A stretch of 64,000 bases of DNA from Callorhinchus milii. Taxonomy: Eukaryota. The DNA lies in the NCBI RefSeq assembly GCF_018977255.1, contig NW_024704742.1, forward strand, positions 14,820,001 to 14,884,000, given 5' to 3'. Of this stretch, positions 29,221 through 40,740 are shown piece after piece. The notes under the pieces were generated by a model. It made no database searches. It was not told where the DNA came from and saw nothing but the letters and a program-made list of their open reading frames with translations. Numbering within the stretch: the stretch's first letter is position 1; each line of letters begins with the position of its first letter. The translations under genes and the position numbers were made by a program.

Positions 29221-29523
29221 CTCTGCCGCTGGTGGCTTTGCCCTCTTCCGCGTCTCTCTTCGCTGCGCTGGGACTCGGGGGAGAGAGTACATTAACAACA
29301 AACACATGTCTGCACCGGAGCAGCGGAGACCGTCACAGCCGCTCTGAACAGAGAGAGGGGAGTGAGTGAGTGAGTGACAGCCCCGGGAAGATCGAGAGGA
29401 GAGTGACAGCCCTGTGGGGACTGACACACACACACACACACAGCCCAGAGCAGAGCAGAGCAGAGACTCCGAGCTCAGTGCGAGCAGCAAAGCGCAGAGG
29501 CAGCAGCTGCTGCCACCAGGACC

Positions 29524-29642
29524 ATGGCTACTGCCACCAGGACCATGGCTCCTGCCAGCCCCGGGGAGTGCGAGGCTATGGAGGCTTGGCTTGATGATCA
29601 CTTAGACTTTGCACATTCATACTTCATCCGGAAAGCCACCAG
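29524..29642 (+). CDS. PDE5A: PDE5A coding exon 1 (PDE5A1-type N-terminus)
   Basis: GGACCATGG start (in-frame stop upstream at 29422) encodes MATATRTMAPASPGECEAMEAWLDDHLDFAHSYFIRKAT(R), matching the PDE5A1 motif EAWLDDHxDFxxSYFxRKATR. Donor CAG|GTAAGG, phase 2. Absent from the ORF track because it is short. Confidence 0.93.
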
Positions 29643-29802
29643 GTAAGGCAGTGACCAGGGGGGGGGGGACATGCATTGGAAATTAAACACTGTGCACAAA
29701 CCAGGGCTCTCCCCTCTCTCTCTCCCCCCACACTCTCCCCACATCATTGGCAGATGGTCTGTTGTCAATGTATTTAAAAGCAATGAATCGCCGGGAGGCT
29801 GT

Positions 29803-29847
29803 GGGGGTGGGGGGGGGGAGGGGGGGGGTGGGGGGTGGGGGGGGGGA
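29803..29847 (+). other. Poly-G tract cluster (G-quadruplex-capable) at the start of intron 1
   Basis: At least five runs of 5 or more G separated by single T/A. Confidence 0.75.
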
Positions 29848-31989
29848 GTGATTGACATCTCGATGTGGTGTGGACCACACGTCTGGAAAGTTGACATCGG
29901 GTTTTGTTTTGATGCTCCAAAGAGGCGACTCGTGTCAGTCGAGGGCTGTGGTTGTGGTGGTTCAGATCCTTCATAATAGAGGAGGAGAGCCCGAGGTGTG
30001 ACCGAGACTGGTTCTGCTCTCCCCTTATCCTGGGCATTGCACACAGGATCTTCAATGAGTGTCGGCTACTGAAGGCTGACGTGTGTGTGTGTGTATATAT
30101 ATATATCACTGCATAACACTCGAGGCTGTGAGGAATCCACGATTCCGGCTGATATTGGGAGAAATGCTCAGCCTTTCGCTATCGTGCGATATGCAGCCAA
30201 CAGAATCGAAGGGAGGTTTTGCAATACGATTGCTCGCCCTGGGGGTGAGGGGTAAAGCAGCAAATCAACACAATTAAACACAAACCTCATCACACCCAAC
30301 ATCTGGGATCACATAAGATATAGTGCTACACTGCTGTGCTGCACAACACTGCAATGTGTACTGCACACAGCAAACAAGACAATTATGCCATGAATTCCTA
30401 ATATCATCATAACAACTGTATGTCATGAATTCCTAATATAATCATAACAACTGGGACATATCAGCTCCTATACTATTCACATGGTTTCTGACAGGAAGAG
30501 ATGGATTAAAAAAGAAAGGTTCAAACCACGAAAAGCGCTATATCAAATGCAAGGATTATTATTATTATTATATGTTTTGTTGTCTTTCAATTCATTTTGC
30601 TTTGGACTTTATTTTGTGTTTTTTTTAATCCTGGTTTTAAAGATCTGCTATGACCTAATAAATTCATGAAACAGGCTCGATGGGCTGAACTCCTCTTTCT
30701 CCTATGTATTTTATAAACGTTGGTTTAAAAAATATATAGCAATTGCCCAAATATTCACTTTCCACCGGCTTGAGTCGATTCATTTAAAATAGCAACGGGT
30801 TCCTCGTAATGTTAAACTGATGTTTTTGCATATAAAAATAAGATGAGGTTACTTTTATTTTCCAACCGCAGATTTTGTGCTGCAATTCATTTAACACATA
30901 ATTATCTTTTAAAATTAAGTTTTACATTTCCCTTTAATTAAATAACAAAAGAGTGAATTCTAAAGGCTTTTTTTTACCCCCTGTTAATTTATTCTGATAA
31001 CTATCACTATCCTCCCTTTTCAATGCTAAAGGTGTGGAAACAACATTATTGCTGGCTTTAGCTGTCACAGTTATCAGTGGGTGAGAAAAAATAATAATCA
31101 TCCTAAAAAACATTTCATTTGATGTAGTACCTTTCAATTCACAGGATTTACTGTAAAGTACATTATCCCGCCCAAATCTTTCCATGTTACCCCTTCTTTC
31201 CAAGTGTTCAAATCACACCTGAAGACTTATTGCTTCAACTGTGCCTTCAGTCACTTCCTCTCTTTCCAGCTCAGCATCAAACCATGCATTCCGAGATGCT
31301 TCTGGTGTGAAGGGTGTTATATAAATGCAAATTGTTGTTTTGTAGGTGAAGATGTGGCATTTCATAATGGACTTAATGTGATATGGTAGTCATTATCACT
31401 GATGATTAAAACATCTGTTATGAAATTCCACATTTTTCAATCCCATTTTTTCATGTCATGCCATCTCTAATATGCAATGTTGATACTGTCGCAGTCATAG
31501 CAACCATCCTTATAAACAATTTAATTACTAAATTAGTGAAGAAAGGTTCATGCAACTATATGCATTCCAAGTGTAATACTAATGAATAACATATGTCATT
31601 CTGGTAAATCTGAATAATTTAAATAGAAAGCTCCAGTCAAAATCTTATATTTTTTGCCATGGATTCATAACCTTTTCAAATGTTATGATCCTTTGCTATT
31701 TTATTAAGCTTTTAGTCATTTTTAAAATCAATTCGTACCAAAATGTGCTTGTTTGTAGAAAAATATATCCTTTTAACAAATTCACAGATTATGAGAGGAC
31801 GTGACCCTTCAAATCATTTGATCTCATCTTTCCAGAATATCCACCTTCTCACCCTCCCAACACAGCATCAAGCTGTGTTTTACATGAAACTACCTGCAAC
31901 CACCCTTCTTAGCAACCTGTTCTAGTGGTTAATTATCCTCTTGGTGAACCAAGCACTGTTCTTCTCTTTTGTCTACACAGACAATTTGT

Positions 31990-34177
31990 ATAGAATCACA
32001 GAATCATAGAATCGTACAGCACAAAAAGAGGCCATTTGGCCCATCGAGTTTGTGTCGGCTCTTTGAAAAGAGCAATGTAATGTCAATCCCACACCTCAGC
32101 CCTTTCCCCATAACCCTACAAACCCGTCCTCCTCAAATACCCGAACACCCGAAAAACTACTTTCATTTTTAAAAGTAGTTATCGAATCGGCCTCCACCAC
32201 CCTTTCAGGCAATGCGTTCCAGATTCGAACAACTCGCTGCGTGAAAAAATTTCTTCTCACCTCCCCTCTGCTTCTTTTAGAGACTATTTTAAATCTGTGA
32301 TCTCGAGTCACCGACACACCCCCCAGTGGAAACAGTTTTTCCCTTTCTAACCTATCAAATCCCCTCATGATTTTGAAGACCTCTATTATATCTCCTCGTA
32401 ACCTTCTCTGCTCCAATGAGAACAATCCCAGCCTCTCCAGCCTTTCCTCATAATCATCCCTCATTCCTGGTACCATCCTCGTAAATCTCCTCTGCATTCT
32501 TTCCAATGCCTTAACATCCTTCCTACAGTGTGGTGCCCAGAACTGGGCGCAATATTCTAACTGAGGCCTAACCAGTGTTTTATATAAGTTAATCATAACC
32601 TCCTGACTCTTGTACTCTATGCCCCTATTTATAAAGCCTAGTATCCCATATGCCCTTTTTACAGCTTTATCTACCTGTCCTGCCACCTTCAAGGATTCAT
32701 TTACTTGCATCCCCAGGTCTCTCTGTTCTTTTACCCCCCTTAAGATTGTATTACCAGCCTATATTGCCTCCCCTCATTCTTTCTACCAAAATGCATTACC
32801 TCGCATTTCTCCACATTGAAATTCATCTGCCATGTGTCTGCCCATTTTACCATTCTGTCTATGTCTTCCTGCAGTTGGCTACTATCCTTCTAACTGTTTT
32901 CCACACTACCTAACTTTGTGTCGTCCGCAAACTTGGAAATGGTACTTGCTATACCAAGTCCAGATCATTTATGCATATTAAGAAGAGCAGTGGTCCTAAT
33001 ACCGATCCCTGGGGGACGCCACTGTGCACTTCCCTTCAGTCAGAAAAGCAGCTGTTCACCACAACTCTCTGCTTTCTGTCTCCCAGCCAGTTCTGGATAC
33101 CATGGGCTTCTATCTTTCTTACAAGTCTTTCATGTGGCACTTTGTCAAATGCCTTTTGAAAGTCCATATAAACTACATCAACTGCACTACCCTTATCCAC
33201 CCTCTCCATTATCTCATCGAAAAATTCTATTAGATTTGTTAGACAAGATTTGCCTTTAACAAATCCGTGTTGGCTGTCCCTAATTAACCCATATTCTTCT
33301 AAGTGAAGAATTATTCTGTCCCGGATTATAGTCTCCAGGAGTTTCCCCACTACTGATGTTAGGCTTACTGGCCTGTAGTTCCCAGGTTTGTCCTTCTGTC
33401 CCTTTTTGTACAGGGGAGTCACATTGGCCACTCTCCAGTCCTCTGGCACCAACCCTGTGTCCAACGATGATTAAAAAATTGTAGCCAAAGCCTCTGCTAT
33501 TTGTACCCTTGCCTCCCATAGTAACCTTGACTGCATCCCGTCCGGAACGGGCAACTTATCTACCTTCAGCCCAGTCAACCTTTTCAGTACTACCTCTATG
33601 TTTATACTTATCCTATCCATTTCCTCTACCCTCTCCTCCGATACTGCGGCATTTGGTGCATCCACTTCTTTTGTGAAGACGGATGCAAAGTACTCATTCA
33701 GTACATCACCCTCTGCCTCCACAATAAGATTTCTGCCTTGGTCCTTAATTGGCCCCACCCTACCTTTGTCTAACCTTTTTTTCTTGATATGTTTGTAAAG
33801 TATTTTAGAATTCCCTTTAATGTTACCCGCTAACTTTTTTCGTATAATCTTTTTGCCCCTCTTATTTCCTTTTTCAAACCTTTTCTGCACTTCCTATATT
33901 CTATTTGGTTGTCTCCTGTATCTTGGGTTTGACATTTGTCATACACCTCCTTTTGCTGCTTCATTCTAGATACAATTACCTTCGTCATCCAGGGAGGTTT
34001 GGATGCCCTACTTTTCCCTTTTGTGGGAATGTATTCATTCTGTCCCCGAGCTATCTCATCCTTGTAGACTTCCCACTGCTCTTCAGTTGTTTTACCTGCC
34101 AATCTTTCTTTCCAGTCCACCTTGGCTAGGTCCCTTTTTAACTCACTGAAATTTGTCCTCTTCCAGTTGAGTATCTT
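31990..34177 (-). mobile_element. CR1 LINE, 5'-truncated ORF2 (RT) with frameshifts and stops
   Basis: VPEDWRVANVTPLYKKG...NYRPVSLTSVVGK...QHGFVKGKSCLTNLIEFF...[50 protein letters not shown]...RNFFTQRVVRIWNALP; (ATTCTRTG)n 3' end. Confidence 0.96.
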
Positions 34178-34803
34178 GTAGCCGATATTGATTTGACGTC
34201 TACAATTTACTTTTACTGATTTTTAAAGGAAATTACATTAAAAAAGTGCACTTTCAAGTCATGTGTTGCCTCAAATCTGCAAACTAACTGTGTTGTAAGA
34301 TAAATTAACTTGCACTTTTGTTTGCACTGTCATCGTCACAGTTTCAATTCACAATCAGCCTGCATTTGTAAAATTGGACGAAATTCAACTTGCATTTTAG
34401 AAAAGTGTGGGAAAACTTAGTGATTTACTGGCGTAACCAGTGGCTTATTAAGGAGCAGAATTTAGTGTAGTTCCACGAATCATCCATGACCAGGTTTAAG
34501 GAACAAAAAGTCCTGCTTTTCATAACCAGCTACGAAGGCTGTAAATTTTCACATTTTTCTTTTGCCAATACTTATGCAAATAGCATGAGAGTTCTGGCAC
34601 TGGAGAGTACAATGCAATGATTGAGTTGAGGTAACCTACACAGCTTGGAGCGGAATTACCACAAAGTGAATGGCTATGCTGCTTTTCATGTCAATCCAGC
34701 TTACTTGCCCTATCAGGCTCATCAATACCGCTAAGCCTGTACATTTAATGGTTTCATCCATATTCCTCAACTAAGCAAAAGTACTGTGTATGCATGTGTA
34801 TAC

Positions 34804-34834
<31 letters not shown>

Positions 34835-35538
34835 CAGAAAGGGGAAAAAGGATAAGAGAATTTACTGCTGACTGTGTCATGAACATGAGAAATGTTGTTT
34901 GACTGGTAACACACAGTATTTATTTTCTTTGAGAAGGCTAGATAGACATTACCCATGTTTTTAAAATAATATAGCATATAGAGAAAATGTTCTTTTCCTT
35001 TTTTGGTCAGCCGGATGTATGACACATGCAGAAAGCCATCACCGGGCTTAAGAGTATCCAAACCAGACTTAAGAGTTCTTCATGTGCCACTTACACATGG
35101 AAATTTCCCTGTGCCTGGAAAGGAATGGAGGGATGCATTCTGCTTACCTAATTCCAGAGAGTATTAGGCACAGATTGTCCAGTTAGGACCACCCTATCCA
35201 TTAGGACTTTGGCTTGCGGGGTTAATAGGAGATGAGAGGGAAGAATCCTTGCCTCATTGAATGGTCTGCCCAAGTCCCGCTGACAAACCAGGCTGAATGG
35301 TCTGTCATTAGCAGTGCCAAATAGAGAAAGAACAAACCAAGAGTATGATATAACCAAATTAAGCAACAATTGTGGCTTTATTTGTGGAAAAATTTCTTGA
35401 CATTTAAAAGTTAGTAATGTTTAGAATAGACTGTCATTTAATGGAATAAATATTGGCACAGTTGTTAAACAGGGAAGAGGACAGATTTTCAATTCGTCAT
35501 GGAACAAAATAGGGACAATGTTAGTAGATTGTCGAGTT

Positions 35539-35701
35539 TCAATTCTAGATATAATAATCTTCAATTCTATTTGATAATAATCAATTCTAGATATAATAAT
35601 CTTCAATTCTATTTGATAATAATCAATTCTAGATATAATAATCTTCAATTCTATTTGATAATAATCAATTCTAGATATAATAATCTTCAATTCTATTTGA
35701 T
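35539..35701. repeat. 42-bp minisatellite, ~3.9 identical copies
   Basis: Unit TCAATTCTAGATATAATAATCTTCAATTCTATTTGATAATAA, itself made of two related ~21-nt halves. Confidence 0.95.
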
Positions 35702-38700
35702 GAGAGCCACAGAACTATCTACAATGAGGCAAAACAGAAGTTTGTAAGCTCCAATTGGTTATTCATTCAGTCTCTGTAGACATATTTGATCAAAGTTTTG
35801 TGCTGAGGTGAAAAGCTGTGTTATAATTATAAGGCCATCTTAGAGTACAACAATATCAAAATACTTAATGTGCCACTTAAACATGGAAATTTCCCTGTGC
35901 CTGGAAAGGACTGGAGGGATGCATTCTGCTTAGGTGCAGATTGGTGAAAACCAAGGTTCGGGGATCCAGGGTGTGCGTAGAGGTACTGCTGGAGTTTAAC
36001 CAGATAAAACCCCTTTGCCTTGTCTGGCAAGCTTCCTGATGCTTGTCCAGTTAGGACCACCCTACCCATCAGATCAAGACAATAGTGGTTTATGAAAGCA
36101 TAAAGATTTCTCTTAAGTATTGCCCCCAAAGTAATGAGCATAGCAGAAGCACCAAAACCCTTAGTTCTACCAGTTAGATTGGTACTGGTTTAATCATGAC
36201 ACAAGGTCATGTATTCCAGTAATCCACTTTAGACATCTATTGATTGGAATTAATCACCTAAGGTTTTCCAAATAAAGCTAGTAATTACATGAACTGAGAG
36301 GTATCCTTCAGTCCATTGATACAAAATACCAAGCTCAAGTACAGATAGACATTCAATCTTGATAACGTGCATTCAGTGGTATATAACAATTGAGAACCAT
36401 AATCCTTGGAGGAAAGATAATTCAGCAAGGTAATTCAACTGATAATTCAGTTTAAGGCAAACATTGATTTAGTAGTGGTGCATCCATCTCTGGGTGATAA
36501 ACACAAAGCGATGACTTAACCACCAAAGCATGAAGTTCATTTTACTCAGTGTGCAGAAATAGGAGGAATAAGTATGATAATTTTTAAAGTGTTAAGTTTC
36601 TTCACATAGAGGGATGGCACTGCTCCAGCTGCCCATTAAAGCAGATTCAACTGGGATGTTTAAAAGGGAGATAGATACTTAGAAAGTAAGAGTATAGATT
36701 AATAGAACTGGCATGATCTAATAAACTGGTGGAACAGAAACGATGGCGTACTATCCTATGGTCATACAAAATAATCTGTTCAAATAGATCAGACATATAT
36801 TTGTGGAGATAGTAAAAAAAAACTGCAAATGCTGGAAATCTGAAATAAAAATAAAAAATGCAGTAAATAGACTGCAGGTTTGATGCAAAAAGATTTTCAA
36901 AGGATCTAGGTCTGTATAGCAAGAATGAGGATTCTCTGCACCTTCATCCTTCTCCTCTTCATCAGATTCAGAAGAACATGTGGCTTTCTCCACCAGAGAT
37001 TGAGTATCATAACATCTATTTTCCTTGACTGGGGCAGGTGAGGTAGAATACACTGAGGTATTGGCCATGCCTGATATTTAGTACAGAAGTACATTAAGCA
37101 ATGCCAGTGCCATTGCCTGAGGCAAAGTTGACACTCTCGTCTCTGCTTTTGATAATGACCGAATAACCAGTATTTCCATACAGAGCATTAATTGTTAATG
37201 ACTATTGTTCCTAAGCAGTCCGGGCCACCGGCTGGCAAGAAAGGCACTAAAGTTGTTGTTGTCAGCACCTTGGGACGTCCTCCCGATGTGAAAGGAGCAT
37301 ACAAATGTAATTGTTTTGTTGTTGTTGTAGTACTTTTAGGAACCCAGTATAAAGGTTAGTGGGGTTTCCACCTTTGCTGTTCAATATGTAAACCACTAAC
37401 TATGTTTAATGCTGGAATCTTACCTGAACATCACAGTTTTGATCCTTGACACCTATAATTGTACTTGAGTTTGCAAGCAGCAACCAATACAATTTACATT
37501 TATATAATGCCTTCCACACTGGGAGGATGTCTTAAAGTGCTTCACAGTGCTGGGTGGGCAATCAGGCCAAGAGTGGGGCTGAGGAGGGTAGGAAGTGGAA
37601 AGGTGACTGAAAGTGGGGTCAAGGGAGTAATCCATGATGTGAGCTTTGACAGTAAGGAGGGAGTGGGTGAGTTGGTGTGCTCTGGGATAAAGTTCCAGAG
37701 AGAGGGGGTAGAATGACGGACAGTTTGATCACTGATAACAAACTATGAGCAGATACCAGACTTTAAATGGGGTTTCCACCTTTGCTATTCAATATGTAAA
37801 CCACTACATAATGACTTTAAATAATAATTGTTACACTCCAACCTGCCACCAACTTGCTCTGTGCTTTCTGTTTCGAAACAAAGGAGCAGAATGAAAAGTG
37901 ATTGTTTGGATCAGTAATTGAATATCTGAAAAATAAAATGAATTCAAGCCATAAGTGGACAATCCAATCATTAGGTTAACAGATCCTTTTGTTCTCTGAG
38001 TTAATTATTAGCCATTTAAGGGTGAAAAATGCAGTGTCTCATAATAATCACTTAAAAGCTGTTAATTTTCAAATACCTGCATAGCCTTGCACCATCCTAT
38101 CTCTGAAATTTTCTGTGACTCTAATCCCCTAACCATTCTATTCTATTCTGGCCTGTTCCACTTTCCTGCTCCGCTCCATTATTGACCAAGCATTCAGCTT
38201 CTTTGTCCCTTCCCTCATGAACTCTTTCCTGAAATCCCTCCACCTTATCCCATACCTCTCTGTTGTATCCTGGCTGAAGGACAATCTCTTCAACTGCACT
38301 TTTGGGCACCTTCCCCCACCTGAGCTTCCCCCTACTCCATTCTTTATAAAGCTCTTAGAAACATTCTCTCAATCTGAAAGGCGGGATATAAGTGCAGATT
38401 GTTATTGTTATATCATATTTCTCACCCCATGGTTCTTAGAAGATATGATCACGATTGGTTATTGACAGCTAATTAATCCCTCCCAGAAACTTTCACCTTT
38501 AAAGGTATCGATTTATAGTCAAAATAATCAATTTTTGTTCTGTTCTCTACTTGTGCAGTTTTAGTTGTATTTTCTTGTGATATTAAAATTATACATTGGT
38601 AAAAGTGACTCCCTGTAATGCATTGCTGAGGGACCAAAATATTTACGCCCACATCTGCCTGATCTGTGCAAAAATATTCCTTTGGTGTGTTTGTTGAAAA

Positions 38701-39114
38701 AAATGTGCTTATCTTCAAATGGAGGACACTTTAACAAATCATCAGCTGAACAAAACAGTTTGCCAAAGGAAACCTTCAAGATGAGGAATAATAGAGAATC
38801 TATTTCCTTGGAGATCCTTGTATATTATTGCTTTGAAGGCTGCTTAGTCAGCGTGCAATACGTGAGAAGAATATTATTTGTCATAGCAGACACTACAATT
38901 TTTAGGGGAGTTGGTTCAATGATACATTATGTGCGTGGGTGTTCCTGAAGATAGACAAAGTGACTTCGTGCTTTTTGAGTGCAGCGTGTTTTTGAGCTAA
39001 ACACCTAAGGCCTGAAATTTCTTTTGCTCATTAAAAACAAATGTGAAGCCCATTTAACAAACTAATGAGAATGAAATTGAGTTCATCCCATTTCATAATG
39101 GAATTTATATTAAA

Positions 39115-39516
39115 AAAAACCTGCATTTAGAATTTAGGTCAAAGTGCTTCACAGGATTTACTGTAAAGTATAGTGACTATTTGTAGGCGAAGGCAGCAGC
39201 CAATATGTGCAGAGCAATGTCCCACAGACTGCTGCAAAGTGAATGACCAATTTTATCTGGGGAATTGCTGACCAGGACACTGATAGAAACTCCCTTCTCG
39301 TTTCATGTAGTGTCATGGGATGTTTTATATTCCTCTATTCCTCTGGTTTAATGTTTCATTCAAAGGGCGGCACCTCTGACAATGCAGTGGCCCCCTGTCC
39401 GCACTGCATTGGAGTGTCAACCTAGAATGTGTGAGTTCAAAGTCCTGATGTGGGGCTTGAACACACAACCTTGTGACTCACAGGCACGAGTGCTACCAAC
39501 TGAGCCAGCCTGACAC
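39115..39516 (-). mobile_element. Deu-domain type tRNA SINE
   Basis: Reverse head TGTCAGGCTGGCTCAGTTGGTAGCACTCG...GTTCAAGCCCCAC; Deu-like core and L2-type tail. Confidence 0.75.
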
Positions 39517-39579
39517 ATTACTGATGACAGAAAATTAGCATATAATGGGAAGATAATGACAATGTTAAGTATGTTAGAC

Positions 39580-40240
39580 TGTTAAAGTACCTTAATGATC
39601 CAATGTAGACATAATGCAGAACATCCATGAATATAGGTGCGAAGTGCGGAATTTCTGATGATAATGTTAACAGAAAGGAAAGTATTCAGATGAGGCCCTG
39701 CAAATCTTTGTGGACACAGTGATGGTTGAGTTCTGTACATTTTTAGGGGAGGGGAAAGCAACACCCAGGATATAGACATGAAGTCAACAACAATGGCACT
39801 GAAAACAAGGTAACAGGAAGCTGTAAATAGAGGCTCCTAACAGAAATGGGTCATTCAACCCACAGTACCACTCTGTCAGAGTGGGTTAGTCTATGTGGTA
39901 CCGTGTATTGGTTTTCTGCAGGGTAGAGAGGTTATGCAATGGTGTTAGAAGCCAGAATCTCATCAAGTGGTCCATCTCTTCCCGAAGCCCTCTGTCCTTC
40001 AGTTTCTATCAAATGTGTGACAGTTGTTGCCAGCAGAATAATTGAATCGTGAAATTCTCTGGGAACCGTGCTTCGATGTGTATAATATCCCTCCATTGGT
40101 TCCAGACGATCTGTGAACCTCTGAAGTCTTTGTGCTCCAAGATCTCCTTCCTCTAAAAATTGGTTGTACCCAGAGTTCTGATACTCCCACATCGCCATGT
40201 ATGGCTTATTTGTTTCTTAGTTTAGCGAAATAAGATTAGT
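39580..40240 (-). mobile_element. Decayed DIRS-like retrotransposon (RNase H plus downstream MT-like region)
   Basis: Ordered remnants on the - strand: WS...H, LEPMEGYY...IILLATTVTHLI..EG (cf. HINxLELxAV...DNTTVxxYIxxxG), TVPHRLT (cf. ADxLS), TEW, FSAIVVDFMS (cf. FGxxxVDLFAS), NTFLSVNII (cf. YAFPPxxLI). Confidence 0.45.
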
Positions 40241-40740
40241 CTATAACGGGGGTGGAGAGGTGGGTTGGTTCAAATTATGTTTCAATCATTTGTTTTTAAT
40301 TCACGTTAACAATCATGACCTGATGAAGTTCGGCCAGATAAAAATTGGTCTTGTGTTTACTGGCAAAAAATATTATTTTGTTTCAGCCCATTCTGTCTGG
40401 ATTCTGTTCCCAGTAATTGTGCACACAATACATCTGAGCTAGGTGTTACTTTTAATAATTAGCACTTCCTGCTCCACAGTGAAAAAATCACTTGGACTTT
40501 GCATAAGAAAATGTTTGCATACTGCTGGAGTGTCAAGTGACTAGGTTCGTTCAGCAACAGTGCTTGTTTTGTTGGTGAAAGTGGAAGTAAATTTGCAACT
40601 GGATACAAAGGGAATAGTTAAATAATATCTTCAGTCTGATCTAGTCTGCAAATGAGTTAGCTGACTACACCATGGGAAGCAGTTTGGGTGTTAGAATTGG
40701 CTTTGCTGCCCTCCTATGTTAAGGAGTAGGAGAATTTTCG

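Larger units (their letters stand above)
29221..30250 (+). promoter_or_regulatory. CpG-enriched promoter / 5' UTR / start of intron 1 of PDE5A
   Basis: GC- and CpG-rich stretch in an AT-rich background, surrounding the first coding exon. The TSS cannot be located from sequence. Confidence 0.6.

Noticed and set aside
28052..29601. Long ORFs (285-454 aa) on both strands, e.g. (AQPSP)n and (LGWAG)n
   Set aside because: They arise from stop-free pentamer repeats, are open in several frames at once, and show no protein-like complexity.
29598..30109. Pro/Gly-rich ORFs after exon 1
   Set aside because: Produced by poly-G tracts in intron 1, downstream of a clear donor site.
35539..35701. CRISPR-like array
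   Set aside because: Head-to-tail identical units with no unique spacers, in a eukaryotic intron: a minisatellite.
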